Origin: Eledone cirrhosa
Taxonomy: Eukaryota
Assembly: GCA_964016885.1 (NCBI GenBank)
Contig: CAXHJY010001486.1
Span: 1-64,000 of the forward strand
Reading direction: 5' to 3'
Length of the DNA stretch: 64,000 bases
Part shown: positions 41,280-56,152 of the stretch, piece after piece
How positions within the stretch are numbered: position 1 is the stretch's first letter
Layout: every line of letters starts with the position of its first letter
Program-made: the position numbers and the translations under genes
The notes under the pieces: model-generated
What the model saw: the letters and a program-made list of their open reading frames with translations, nothing else
What the model was told of the DNA's origin: nothing
Database searches by the model: none

Positions 41280-41312
<33 letters not shown>

Positions 41313-41352
41313 CATGAGTGGAGGGTGTGATTGCAAAGCACTGTAGTTGCAG

Positions 41353-41384
<32 letters not shown>

Positions 41385-41428
41385 ATTTCATGAGTGGAGG
41401 GTGTGATTGCAAAGCACTGTAGTTGCAG

Positions 41429-41460
<32 letters not shown>

Positions 41461-41504
41461 ATTTCATGAGTTGAGGGTGTGATTGCAAAGCACTGTAGTT
41501 GCAG

Positions 41505-41539
<35 letters not shown>

Positions 41540-41583
41540 ATTTCATGAGTGGAGGGTGTGATTGCAAAGCACTGTAGTTGCAG

Positions 41584-41622
<39 letters not shown>

Positions 41623-41705
41623 CATGAGTGGAGGGTGTGATTGCAAAGCACTGTAGTTGCAGTTGTTGTTGTTGTTGTTGGTGGTGTTGTTGTTGTTGTT
41701 GTTTT
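40660..41705. repeat. Composite minisatellite: ~43-bp core plus variable (GTT)n, 12 copies
   Basis: Core TTCATGAGTGGAGGGTGTGATTGCAAAGCACTGTAGTTGCAG at about 40661, 40873, 40937, 41001, 41089, 41162, 41238, 41311, 41387, 41463, 41542, 41621. Confidence 0.92.
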
Positions 41706-42016
41706 TTTCCGGTGTTGTTATTAAGTACAAAATACATTTCATAAAGATCAACAAATCAATTACACTAGCAAGCCTTAATTTACACAAGTACCACTTAACA
41801 ACAACAACAACAACAACATATTTATATACATATACATACATATATACATATATATATATAAAAGTATGTATGTATATTTATATATATATATATATACACA
41901 TACTTATATATGTATATTGATTGGCGCACCTCATTAGTATCACAACTGAACGTATTGTTTCATTCTCTCGAAATCTCTTTTAATTTCTCCCAATCTCTTT
42001 CACTCACTCTCTTTAA

Positions 42017-42114
<98 letters not shown>

Positions 42115-42313
42115 CAAATTATAAAGTATGTGGAAATAATAGACAAAAATAGACCTATTTTTTCTTCAAAGTCCCGACTGCAGTTTCGCCGAACCGTGTG
42201 CAACAATTCAGCACTACAAAAATGCATTATCATAAGAATCTTCTTCTTCTTCTTCTTCTTCTTCTTCTTCTTCTTCTTCTTCTTCTTCTTCTTCTTCTTC
42301 TTCTTCTTCTTCT

Positions 42314-42352
<39 letters not shown>

Positions 42353-42513
42353 GTCTTTCTTCTTCCTTTTCTTCTTCATCTTCTTCTCCTCCTACTACCT
42401 CTTTTCCTTCTTCCACTTCTACTTCCTCTTCTTTATCTTTTGCTTCTTCTCCTCGTCCTTCTTTTCCGTATTATTATTATTATTATCTTTATTATTATTA
42501 TTATTATTATTAT

Positions 42514-42950
42514 TCTTTGAGTCTCAGTCATTGATGTTATTTAACTGGAAAGATTGTCGAAATGAATATCAAGCTGTTAACTGCAGCCTCAGATATTCAG
42601 GACGTATCAGAGGGTTCTTGCTGTTCCCAGCAAGCAAGCCTTTTGAAGTGTTCCAAAAAGCGGGACTGGACTAATTTTCTTTAACCATCCTTGGAAACTC
42701 TTTGAGATAGTACCTAGTGCGCCTATAACAATCGGGACCACTTTGACTTCATAGCAGTTCCAAATGCTTTTTACCTCCCACTTTAAGTCCTGGTATCGGT
42801 TAATTTTCTCCCTCTCCTTTTCTTGCACTCTCGTGTCAAATGGGCAGGCTACATCTACAATCAGCCACGATCTTTTTTCCTTGTCCAAAACCACCAGGTC
42901 AGGCATATTGTGTTCCAGTTTCTTGTTCGTCTGTATCCTAAAATCCCATA
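42514..42950 (-). mobile_element. Dong/R4-type retrotransposon 3' end (RLE and 3' UTR) in (TAA)n, copy A
   Basis: WDFRIQTNKKLEHNMPDLVVLD...IVDVACPFD...EKINRYQDL...PIVIGALG...LQKACLLGTARTL; (TAA)n on both sides. Confidence 0.92.
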
Positions 42951-42999
42951 TTATTTTTATTACTATTATTATTATTATTATTATTATTATTGTTATTAC

Positions 43000-43414
43000 T
43001 CTTTGAGTCTCAGTCATTGATGTTAGTTAACTGGAAAGTTTGTTGAAATGAATATCAAGTCACTACCTGCAGCCTCAGATATTCAGGACGTATCGGAGGG
43101 TTCTTGCTGTTCCCAGCAAGCATGCCTTTTGAAGCGTTCCAAAAAGCGTGAAGGGGGCCAATTTTTTTAACCATCCCTGGAAACTTTTTGAGATAGTCCC
43201 TAGTGCGCCTATGACAATCGGGATCACTTTGACTTCATGGCAGTTCCAAATCCTTTTTACCTCCCACTTTAAGTCCTGGTATCGGTTAATTTTCTCACTC
43301 TCCTTCTCTTGCACTCTCGTGTCGAATGGGCAGGCCACATCCACAATCAGGCACGATCTTTTTTCTTTGTCCAAAACCACCAGGTCAGGTCTATTGTGTT
43401 CCAGTTTCTTGTCC
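43000..43414 (-). mobile_element. Dong/R4-type retrotransposon 3' end in (TAA)n, copy B
   Basis: Near-identical RLE peptide ending RYVLNI*, same 3' UTR ending ATGACTGAGACTCAAAGA before (TAA)n. Confidence 0.92.
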
Positions 43415-43415
43415 G

Positions 43416-43490
<75 letters not shown>

Positions 43491-43718
43491 GTTGTTGTTG
43501 TTGTTGTTGTTTTTGTTGTTGATGTTGTTGTTGTTTTTATTATTATTATTATTGTCCATGTTTTATGTGTTTCAATATACCATGTTGAAAGCATATCATT
43601 GACCAGTTATAGCCATAATCTGCTTTTACTTTCATAGAATATACGTGACAAGACGAGAGGGTTCTGGTGGAACATTTCCAAACGATCTTCTATCATAATG
43701 TCAGACAAACTTGTCTTA

Positions 43719-43817
<99 letters not shown>

Positions 43818-43823
43818 CATATA

Positions 43824-43863
<40 letters not shown>

Positions 43864-43867
43864 TGCA

Positions 43868-43922
<55 letters not shown>

Positions 43923-44149
43923 AAGATGAATATAAATTGAAAGTGCTTTTTTTAAAAAGGAATTTATTAGGTATATATGTATATATTTATATATATATAT
44001 TTTTTTTTATTTATATGTATATATATACATATATGTATATAAATATATATATATATTTATATGTATATATATGTATATATTTATATATATTTTTTTTTTT
44101 ATTTATATGTATATATATACATATATGTATATAAATATATGTATATATT

Positions 44150-44318
<169 letters not shown>

Positions 44319-44336
44319 GTGTATATATATATATAT

Positions 44337-44368
<32 letters not shown>

Positions 44369-44377
44369 GGGGGGTAT

Positions 44378-44419
<42 letters not shown>

Positions 44420-44537
44420 TTTATATGAACACCTTGGCAGTGAAGCTGATAACGTAAATACTCTCAATTTCTACATTACGTGTTGATTGCTTTTTTTTGC
44501 CGTTATTTGTATCCACCATTCATAAATAAACATACCT

Positions 44538-44613
<76 letters not shown>

Positions 44614-44747
44614 TTGTGTGTGCGGCGTGTGTGTGTGTATATATATTTATATCTATATATATATAGTTATATATATATACATATATTTATATATATTTAT
44701 TTATATATATCTATATATATGTGTGTGTGTGTGTATGTATGTATATA

Positions 44748-44782
<35 letters not shown>

Positions 44783-45467
44783 TTTTCTATTGCTCTTACG
44801 TATTATATTATAGCGTCTGTCTTCTGTATGTAAGTATTAGGCTATTGTTAAACACAGTCGCCTTTCATGCATCTTTACATAACACCTCACACCTCACTCC
44901 TCCGCCCTACGCCAACCGTTTTTATAGTATAACTTTCTACTTTAGTATGTTCTATTTACATTCCAGCCTTTCGTATTTCACACATGGATGCTTCGCCCCT
45001 TTCTTGTGTCGGCCTGTATATGTCAGCGCCAAATTGCATTTCGATATTTATTACGCCATATTGTTATTTTTTTGTTTATTTCATCCGTCTGAGTCTATTG
45101 AGTTTAATTTGATGTGTGTATTGTAGGTGTATTCCTTCTAAACATGGGACGCCATTTGGCCGAATATTTCATCTCGAACTTCTTCCACGTTTTTGTTTAT
45201 GTCTTATGTGTTGTTTTGTTTTGATGTTGTTGCTTTTCTTTTTTTTGTGTGTGCTAAAACCGAGCAAATAGGTAATAGTTACAGAAGATCTTAGATATAA
45301 TGCAGTATGTAAACATATATATATATGTGTGTGTGTGTGTGCATTTGTCGATGTATATATGTATATATATATATATATATATGCATATATACACATATAT
45401 ATATGCACATATATATAAATATATATATATGCATATATATATATATATATATATGCATATATATATA

Positions 45468-45517
<50 letters not shown>

Positions 45518-45523
45518 CATATA

Positions 45524-45647
<124 letters not shown>

Positions 45648-45889
45648 AAGAGAGAGATATGTTTGTGTGAACGTGTGTGCATATATATATATACAAATAT
45701 ATATATGTGTGTGTGTGTGTGTAAACATATATATATATATTCATGCCTATGTATTCAGACCCTCACGCATACACAAACAGAAACACACATACACTCACAC
45801 ATATACACATGCACATATACACACACACATAGGCAAACAAGCACACACAGCCAACCCTAGAAATCATCAGGAATATATATATATATATA

Positions 45890-46083
45890 TAGGAGTAAGT
45901 AAGACCCCGACGGCTGAGCTCAAGCCGTTTCGACGGCTAATTCTGTACAGAATTAGCCGTCGAAACGGCTTGAGCTCAGCCGTCGGGGTCTTACTTACTC
46001 CTATTACCCACTCTACTACCCTAAGTATTGAGTACTTTGGTGCGTTATGGTCCACCTGGTTCCTTACCACTTTTCCTTCGCTA
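45890..46083. mobile_element. Short asymmetric palindromic element (114-bp spacerless palindrome plus tail)
   Basis: Centre at 45946/45947 (TCTGT|ACAGA); (TA)n flanks. Confidence 0.88.
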
Positions 46084-46597
46084 TATATATATATATATAT
46101 TTATTTATTTAAATACATTTATATATATACATATACATATACAGATTGTTCTCCAAAGGAAAGACAAAGGCCGCTACGGCTCAGTACAAATAACGACGTT
46201 AGCGAACTCAGACCGCGAAGCACAAGATCGTGATACGGCATAGCAACCTTGTCCGCTTTTCTAACATTTCTCTCAGCCTCCGCCCAACACTGGTATTTCA
46301 TTTATGCGCTTTTTAAAAGATAAAAGTTTAAGTTGACCTCGGTGAGACTTGAACTTTGTGTAGAGAAAGAAGCCGGGACAAATATCAACGAAGCATTTAA
46401 TACGACATTCTAATGACTGACTCTCTGATGGCTTTGGGCTTCGACACACTTGTGAAAAAGGGAGTGATAATGGTAAAATGGTGGAGACGTTAGGATGGCA
46501 TTGTATATAGGTGTGCGCCGGACCTGGATCAGGATGAGGTGGAAGAGAAGTCGAATGAGGAGGAGGAGGGGGAGGGTGAGGAGGAGTAGGAGGGGGA

Positions 46598-46631
<34 letters not shown>

Positions 46632-47306
46632 CAGAAGAAGAAGAAGAAGAAGAAGGAGGAGGAGGATGAGGAGGAGGAGGAGGAGGAAAACAAGAAGAAG
46701 AAGAAGAAGAAGAAGAAGAAGAAGAAGAAGAAGAAGAAGAAGAAGAAGAAGAAGAAGAAGAAGAAGGAGGAGGAGGAGGAGGAGAGCAACAACAACAATA
46801 ACAACAAGGAAGAAAAGAACAACAATAAAACCAACAATAACAACAACACCAACAACGATAACGACGACAACGACCAACCCTGGAAAATACCTGAAGCCTA
46901 GGCATTGTTCAATGGTTCATCGGAGAATTCTTGAAAAAAAACTATGCTTCGTTGGACACGACATATTTAAGAGATAAAATGGCGAAGGTTTAGAACATCC
47001 AATGGTAATGTGACAATGCTGCAGCGTTGAGCGTAATTTCCAACGGGACGCCATCTTGTTCCACGCTCGGTTCTTTTTTTTTTTTCTTTATCCTTTGGTT
47101 TCTTCCTTGCAATATCCTGTCGATGTTCCTCGCCTTTAGATATAATAAAGAAGATAACGCATGTAATAAAGGACAAAACATATGTATGTACATTCGTACG
47201 TATATTTACATACATGTGTATGTATGAATGAACGTATGAATAAATGCATGGATGTATGAACGTAACAATGTATGTATTTGAATATATCTATATGAGTGTT
47301 TATGCA

Positions 47307-47358
<52 letters not shown>

Positions 47359-47380
47359 AACGCATGAAAGTGTTTATGCA

Positions 47381-47417
<37 letters not shown>

Positions 47418-47593
47418 GCATGGAAATATATTTGCATAAATATATGTGTGTATATATATATATGCTTGTGTGTGTGTATGTTTGTATGCATGTATGTATA
47501 TGAACCAACGCAAAACTAATAAGACTGTGTAATTCTGTGTTTGTCTTTTTTACTCCTAAACTATATATATATATATATATGTACATATGTATA

Positions 47594-47655
<62 letters not shown>

Positions 47656-47855
47656 AACATACATATATAATTTCCTGGTGTGACCAACACCCAGTCTTTA
47701 AGATAAAAATTACATTGGGAACAATTTCCGCCACCCGCTAAATATACGAAGAACCACCAAATCACACGGCCTCGTATAAATGCCTGATTGTATACACATG
47801 TATATATATGTGAGTGTATGTGTGTGTGTGTGTGTATGTGTGTGTGTGTGTGTAA

Positions 47856-47920
<65 letters not shown>

Positions 47921-47974
47921 TGTGTTTGTGTAAGTTTGTGTGTATATACATATATACATACCAACGCACAAACG

Positions 47975-48905
47975 CCACTACCACCACAACCACCACCACT
48001 ACCAGCACCTCCCGCACCACCACTACCGCCACCATCACCACCACCACCACCACCACCATCACGAGCACCACTACAACCACCACAACAACCTCCACCACCA
48101 TACCCACCACCACCACCATCACAACATCAACTACCACCATCAAACATCAACTACCACCATCAATCACCATCACCACCACCACCACAACCACCATAACCTC
48201 CTCCACAGCCACCACCACCACCACCATAACAACATCAACTACCACCATCACCACCACAACCATCATAACCATCTCCGCAACCACCACTACCACCACCACC
48301 ACCACCACCTTAACAACATCAACTACCACCATCACCACCACAACCACCACTACAACCACCACAACAACCTCCACCACCACCACAACCACCACAACCACCA
48401 CAACCACCACAACCACCACCACAACCACCATAACCACCACCACCACAACCACCATAACCACCACCACCACCACCACAACCCCCATAACCACCACCACCAC
48501 CACAACCACTACCACCATAACAACATCAACTACCACCATCACCACCACCACCACCACACCACCACAACCACCAAACCACCACCATCACGAGCACCACTAC
48601 AACCACGACCACTACAACCACCACAACCACCTCCATCAGCACAACCTCGACCACTACAACCACCACCATCACCATCACGAGCACCACTACAACCACCACA
48701 ACAACCTCCACCACCGCCACCACCACCACTACCACCATAAAAACATCAACTACCACCATCGCCACCACCACCACCACCACTACCACCACAACCACCATAA
48801 CCACCACCACAACCACCACAACCACCATAACCACCACAACCACAACCACCATAACCACCACCACCACAACCACTACAACCACAACAACCACCACCACTAC
48901 CACTA
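47975..48905. repeat. (ACC/ACA)n low-complexity tract
   Basis: Read directly; recurrent AACATCAACTACCACCATC and ATCACGAGCACCACTACA subunits. Confidence 0.92.
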
Positions 48906-49264
48906 TTACTTACCGTTGAACTTCAGTTAATCACAGTGCAATACAGTAGATTATCCGTCTGGTATGCTGTGTTCCCGACAGAAAAATGTTTAAGATGGCT
49001 GGTCGTCCACTATTCTTCAACACTACTAACATAAATTGTTCAACCATTTTGAAGTTTCCGTCTGCCATTTTCCAATGATATTTTGTTTGTTTGTTTTGAG
49101 AGAAAAGAAATATAAAATAAAATGTTTAAAAAAAAAAAAAAAAAAATCTGGAACTCGCAGAAAATAAATAAGTAAATAAATAAATAAATAGATAGATAAA
49201 TAAATAAATAAATAAATAGATAAATACGATTTGTTTTTTTACTGAGAAAATAAATAGTTTTTAA

Positions 49265-49295
<31 letters not shown>

Positions 49296-49304
49296 CGTGT
49301 GTGT

Positions 49305-49352
<48 letters not shown>

Positions 49353-49414
49353 CATACATATATATTTATATATATATATATATATATATAACCACCATAT
49401 ATACATATATATAA

Positions 49415-49445
<31 letters not shown>

Positions 49446-49733
49446 AGTGTGTGTGAGTGAGTATAAATGTATAGAAATTTTTTTTAAATGTATTCAATGA
49501 ATGGAAATATATGTAAATCTATAAAAATGTATATAAATATATAAATAGATAAATATATAAATATATAAATATATAAATAGATAAATATATAAATATATAA
49601 ATATATAAATAGATAAATATATAAATATATAAATATATAAATATATAAAAAGGTAGACAAACGGGAAATGTTTGAAAAGTAATGCAGAAAATAATTCAAG
49701 AAATTATATGAATTTGACTTGGATACATACATA

Positions 49734-49765
<32 letters not shown>

Positions 49766-49899
49766 CATGTATGCATGTATGTATGTATGTATGCATGTAT
49801 GTATGTTTGTATGTATGTGAGTGTGCATTGTATGTATGTGTATGTGCATTGGTATGTGTTTGTGTGTGTGCATGTGTGTGTGTGTATCTGTGTCTGTGT

Positions 49900-50697
49900 A
49901 TGCGTGTGTGCATTGGTGTGTGTTTGTGTGTGTGTGCATTGGTGTGTGTGCCTGTGTGTTTGTGTATCTGTGTGTGTGTGCGTGTGTGTGCATGTCTGTG
50001 TCTGTGTATGTGTGTGTGTGTGCATTGGTGTGTGTTTGTGTGTGGGCTTGTGTGTGTCTGTCTGTGTGTGTGTGTGTGCATTGGTGTGTGTTTGTGTGTG
50101 TGCCTGTGTGTTTGTGTATCTGTATGTGTGTGTGTGCGTGTGTGTGCATGTCTGTGTATGTGTATGTGTGTGTGTGTGCATTGGTGTGTGTTTGTGTGTG
50201 GGCTTGTGTGTGTCTGTCTGTGTGTGTTTGTGTGCATTGGTGTGTGTTTGTGTGTGTGCCTGTGTGTTTGTGTATCTGTATGTGTGTGTGTGCGTGTGTG
50301 TGCATGTCTGTGTATGTGTATGTGTGTGTGTGTGCATTGGTGTGTGTTTGTGTGTGGGCTTGTGTGTGTCTGTCTGTGTGTGTTTGTGTGCATTGGTGTG
50401 TGTTTGTGTGTGTGCCTGTGTGTTTGTGTATCTGTATGTGTGTGTGTGCGTGTGTGTGCATGTCTGTGTATGTGTATGTGTGTGTGTGTGCATTGGTGTG
50501 TGTTTGTGTGTGGGCTTGTGTGTGTCTGTCTGTGTGTGTGTGTGTGCATTGGTGTGTGTTTGTGTGTGTGCCTGTGTGTTTGTGTATCTGTGTGTGTGTG
50601 TGTGTGTGTGTGTGTTTGTGTGTGTGCCTGTGTGTCTGTGTCTGTGTATGTGTGTGTGCATTGGTGTGTGTTTGTGTGTGGGCTTGTGTGTGTGTGT
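49900..50697. repeat. 156-bp (TG)-derived minisatellite, about 4-5 copies
   Basis: GGGCTTG marker at 50044, 50200, 50356, 50512. Confidence 0.9.
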
Positions 50698-51027
50698 ACG
50701 TAGCGTTCCGAAAAGTTACAGCAAGTAGAAACATATTTCTCAGCATGAAATAAATTAAATCTCTGCTGTTTGAGCTAATAAAAGTGTCTTTTTTCCCCGC
50801 TAGAACTGATGCAAGGCTGAGCTAGAGGCGATCAATATCTTGGAATCTTGCATTCCAGAAAAACCGTTCAAAGAAGCCAGATAATGTGGAAGGCGTGAAC
50901 GGACCAATGTTCTTGGAGAGGAGAATACAAGACAAAAGGAGGTGAAAATAACTTTTATCCACCTTTGGTGTTTCTGGCATATAGAATAATGGAGTCTGAG
51001 AGATAGATATACAGAGAGAGGGTTGGG

Positions 51028-51099
<72 letters not shown>

Positions 51100-51290
51100 G
51101 AGGGAGGGGGTGAGTTGGATAGATAGATGGATAGATAGAGAGAGAGAGGGTGAGAGAGAAAGGGAGTGAGTTGGGTAGATAGATGGATATATAGATAGAG
51201 AGAGAGGGGGAGAGGGGGAGAGGGGGGGCGTGGGTAGATAGATGGATAGATAGATGGATAGATAGATAGATGGATAGATAGATAGATAGA

Positions 51291-51342
<52 letters not shown>

Positions 51343-52035
51343 GAGAGAGAGAGAGTTGGGTAGATAGATAGATAGATAGATAGAGAGGGGGGGGGGGAGA
51401 AATAGTGATAGAAAGTACGTCAGATAGATAGATACAGAGAGAGAGAGATAGAGAAAGACAGAAAGAGAGCTAGATAGACAGCGAGATAGATAGAGAAAGA
51501 GAGAGAGAGAGCTAGATAGATAGACAGCGAGATAGATAGAGAAAGAGAGAGAGAGAGCTAGATAGATAGACAGCGAGATAGATAGAGAAAGAGAGAGAGA
51601 GCTAGACAGATAGAGAGCGAGATAGATAGAGAAAGAGAGAGAGAGAGCTAGATAGATAGACAGAGAGAGATAGATAGAGAAAGAGAGAAAGTGTGATAAA
51701 TAGACAGAGAGAGAAAGAACAATGTTATCATTTAAGGCCAGGTTACAGAAATATTCGACTCACTTTTAAGACGATCTTTTGTTTCATTTATAAAAGATAA
51801 TCCTTCCTTTAATCACTTTAAAGGGAGGGGGTGAGGGGTGGAGAGAGGGAGAGAGATAGAGAGAGGGAAGAGAGTGAGAGAAAGAGAGAGGGGGGATAGG
51901 GAAGAGAGGGATAGACACGGACTGGGAGAGAGAGAAAGAGAAGAAAAACAACAAAGTGAGGTTGAGACAGAGAGAAGCTGTTAGTGAGACAAAAGGAGAG
52001 ACAAAGAGGGAGAGTGAGGGAGAGATAAACATAGG

Positions 52036-52069
<34 letters not shown>

Positions 52070-52341
52070 GATAGAGACAGAGAGAGAGTGGCAAAGAGAG
52101 AAAAATAGTGAAACAGAGAGAGAAAGAGGGGGGCAAATAGTGAGACATGGGGGAGACAGAGAGAGAGAAAGATAGGAGAAAGAAAGGTAGGTTGAGGCAG
52201 AAAGAGAGAGAGAGAAATAGAGAGGGGGCAGAGAGTGAGACAAAGGGAGATACAGAGAGGGAGAAAGATAGGGAGAAAGAGAGTGGCAGAGAGAGAGAAA
52301 TAGTGAAACAGATAGTGAGACAGGGAGAGAGAGAAAGAGAA

Positions 52342-52681
52342 ATAATTGTTTCTACTTTTGGCACAAGGCCAGCAATTATCCCAGTGTATTACTGGTACTT
52401 TATTTTATCGACCCCGTATGGATGAAAGGCAAAGTTAACCTCGGCGGGATTTGAACTCAGACCGTAAAGGGACGTAACTCTATGCGTCAAAGCATGGCGT
52501 CCGACACCTCTACTGATACTGCCAATCTACCGCCCTAAAAGAGAAATAATTGTTTCTACTTTAGGCACAAGGCCAGCAATTACCCAGTACATTACTGGTA
52601 CTTTATTTTATCGACCCCGTAAGGATGAAAGGCAAAGTCAACCTCGGCGGGATTTGAACTCAGACCGTAAAGGGACGTAAA
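52342..52681 (-). mobile_element. Two tandem tRNA-derived SINE copies
   Basis: Same family as 35708-36420; GGATTTGAACTCAG in each. Confidence 0.85.
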
Positions 52682-53059
52682 AGAGAAATAATGAGAGGCA
52701 GACAGACCAACAGATAAACAAAGTGGGCCGGAGAGAAAGAGAGAGAGAGAAGGAAACAAAGAGTATGATATAGAGAAAGAGGGACAGAGAGAGAAAATAG
52801 TGAGACAGATATTGAGACAGGAAGAGGAAGAATCTACAAGCATGTCTTCCAGTGGGTCCTGTCAGAAGCAATCGTCTCCAATTGATCTGACTGGATCCAC
52901 AAACGTTTTGAGCTCAAATCACTTGGGTTCAAAAAAACTTTGTTGGCATAGCTTCCTTGGCCTGAACATTTACTATTGCTATATAGCAAAGAAGATATGT
53001 TCCGAAATCAATAGACGTGTCCGAGGAACCTGCGAGTCTATATATATATACATATATAT

Positions 53060-53251
53060 ATAACAAAGGAATTGTGGTAAGGAACCAGATGGACCATAAC
53101 GCACCAGAGTACTCAATACTTAGGGTAGTAGAGTGGGAAATAGGAAAAAGTATGACCCCGACGGCAGAGCTCACCAGGCTAAAAATTCTAATTTAGTCCA
53201 GAAATAGCCGTCGAAACAGCATGAGCTTTGCCATCGGGGTCATACTTTTTC

Positions 53252-53252
<1 letters not shown>
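53060..53252. mobile_element. Diverged member of the 26617/32418/45890 palindromic family
   Basis: Same tail and GACCCCGACGGCAGAGCTCA/TGAGCTTTGCCATCGGGGTC arms, different centre. Confidence 0.8.
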
Positions 53253-53287
<35 letters not shown>

Positions 53288-53299
53288 ATGATGATTAAA

Positions 53300-53703
53300 A
53301 GTTTAACAAGGTTCAATGAATTCATCAAGGAATAAAGTTTCACGATAGATTATAAGCACTCTACAGTAAGGTCTTCGGGAGTTATTAATAATACTTCAAA
53401 ATATTAATAAATATAGACATTCATGTGATCAAATATATTTCATTATATATATTTCAGAGATACTGAGCTATTTCAACAGTACGTCCTCATCAGATAAAAT
53501 AAGTTGATGCTTGACATACCTTGACTATGTTGATGGTTAAATCATGACTAAATTATAACCATCAACATAGTCAAGGTATGTCAAGCATCAACTTATTTTA
53601 TCTGATGAGGACGTACTGTTGAAATAGCTCAGTATCTCTGAAATATATATAATAAAATATATTTGATCACATGAATGTCTATATTTATTAATATTTTGAA
53701 GTA
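53300..53703. mobile_element. Palindrome (148-bp arms, 16-bp spacer, left tail) with an HHR-like motif in each arm
   Basis: Arms 53392-53539 and 53556-53703. Plus strand: CTGATGA(53602) GGAcGTACTG-ttgaaatagct-CAGTATcTCT GAAA TATATA. Confidence 0.85.
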
Positions 53704-53885
53704 ATATATATATATATATATTAATAAGAGGAATTGAACACTTAACAATTAATATTCTATCATACTATTTCATTATAATACCATTATAAATTTTAAAGGA
53801 TTGTAAATAAAACGAGTAAATAAGACAAAGTTGGAATTCCTCTTATTAATATAATCTTCTATACACAATCATACATACACACCCG

Positions 53886-53992
53886 TATGAGCAAGGCATG
53901 GTCAGTCAACCAGACACTGCCCACAACAGGACAACCCGTCTAACCCATGCTAGCGTGGAAGAACGGACGTAAAACGGTGATGATGATGATGA
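53886..53992 (+). mobile_element. RTE-type LINE/SINE 3' end with (GAT)n tail
   Basis: ...ACCCATGCTAGCGTGGAAGAACGGACGTAAAACG(GAT)n; second near-identical copy at 54518-54632. Confidence 0.7.
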
Positions 53993-54036
53993 TAGTGATA
54001 TATATATATCTATCTCTCTCTCTATATATATATATT

Positions 54037-54278
54037 TATTTATTAAATTAACAGATTAAAGTTTAACAGATTAAGAATCGCTGCTTTCACCCTTAACGGG
54101 ATCTTCTGAAACCCGATTTTCAGAAGATCCCGTTAAGGGTGAAAGCAGCGATTCTTTGCTTAAACTTTAATCTGTTATTTTAATAAATATTTGCTCTACG
54201 GTTCTTATATATTTGATATATATTTATCGTTATCGAGCCCTCTTTTGGATTTTAGTCTTCAAATTTATTATTATTACT
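54037..54278. mobile_element. Asymmetric palindromic element with degenerate HHR-like centre
   Basis: Arms 54037-54111 and 54118-54190; CAGAAGA tCCC-gttaa-GGGt GAAA resembles the 9287 motif. Confidence 0.8.
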
Positions 54279-54460
54279 GTATATATATATATTAGGGAGG
54301 GTGTGATAAAAACCAGCTAGACCATAACCCACCAGAGTACTCGATACTTGGGGTAGTAGAGTGGGTAATGTGAAAAGATTCGAATACTGGGGATTTATTT
54401 TGGATCTAGCTGTCGAAACGGCCGGAGCTCAGCAGTCGGGGTCCTGAATCTTTTCATATA

Positions 54461-54517
<57 letters not shown>

Positions 54518-54632
54518 GTATGAGCAAGGCATGGTCAGTCGACCAGACACTGCCCACAACAGGACAACCCGTCTAACCCATGCTAGCGTGGAAGAACGGA
54601 CGTAAAACGTTGATGATGATGATGATGATGAT
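54518..54632 (+). mobile_element. RTE-type LINE/SINE 3' end with (GAT)n tail, second copy
   Basis: Near-identical to 53886-53992. Confidence 0.7.
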
Positions 54633-54746
54633 ATATAGATATATATATATATATAATGTGTATATATAAAATATATATATATGTGTGTATGTGTGTGTGT
54701 GTGTGTATGTGTATATGTATGTATGTGTGCATGTATGTATGCCTGC

Positions 54747-54802
<56 letters not shown>

Positions 54803-54909
54803 CATATTCTTTGAGACAAAATAGTAAAATACTGATACACATTTCGGAACCATGAATAAGAAATGAAACAGGTTTTTATCCTTCACAAAAACCAATACAT
54901 GTAAAGGAA

Positions 54910-55014
<105 letters not shown>

Positions 55015-55102
55015 TGTTATGTAAAAATATATATAAACATACACACAAATATTATATATATATATGATTACCAGGTGGTGTTATATAAATATATATATAT
55101 AT

Positions 55103-55160
<58 letters not shown>

Positions 55161-55453
55161 GGTACCACCTGGAAAACGGGCGTCAAATGATCATGATATA
55201 TCTAAATTTGGATTTTACCACCTATTCCATTTGGGTCCAGGTCGGTTTTTATCATTTATTTTGTTTGACCTGTTTAGCTTGATTTGTTTTTTGGCTTAGG
55301 TGGTTAATGCCTTCTTAACCACTTTTTCAGTTTGTATGGCGTTTTAACTTATTGTTTAACTCTGGTTTTTTTAACTATTGAGCGCTTGCCAGCATTTCTA
55401 CGATTTTGTGTTTCGTTTCGCTTTTTCTACCAGCCGAAATACGATTCCCGCTG

Positions 55454-55614
<161 letters not shown>

Positions 55615-56119
55615 CATATATACATATATATACATATACACATACAAATATATATATTTATATATGTATGTATGTATGTATATATAAACAGATGAAATCA
55701 ACCATATGTTATTGTTATCGATCTTATCGATCTCGAAGGAATGGAAAAAAGAAATGTCTAGCTCGATGGTATTTGAAAACAAAACATCGAGGGACGTAAC
55801 AAAACAAATGTCTTTTTTTTTTACTTTGTCTGTTTTACTTTGTCTGTTTTACTTTGTCTGGTTTTTTTTTTGGTTTTTTTCGTTTGTTTTTTTTTATTTT
55901 TGTCTCATGCAATCTCCTTGCATTTAAATAATAAATAAGTAAACATTTTTATTGTTATTGATAGTATTGTTGTTGTTGCTGTTGCTGCTGTTGTTGTTGT
56001 TATTATTATTGATGTTATTATCTTTGATGTGTCACATTGGCCATAGATCATAGACATCCTGTTGGACAATTTGGCGTTTTGTTAGATAGAGTTTCTATTT
56101 TTATAAACATGGCTGCCGT

Positions 56120-56152
<33 letters not shown>

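Noticed and set aside
40660-41705. CRISPR-like repeat-spacer pattern
   Set aside because: Spacers are (GTT)n rather than unique sequence; eukaryotic context with no cas genes.
47920-48930. Mucin-like poly-Thr ORF
   Set aside because: (ACC/ACA)n tract open in several frames on both strands.
50780-50995. Unique sequence after a polypyrimidine-AG, possible host exon
   Set aside because: All three plus frames hit a stop within a few codons; no recognisable peptide on the minus strand.
52815-53037. Unique coding-looking segment
   Set aside because: No recognisable domain or convincing splice pair; cannot be supported without RNA-seq or BLASTX.
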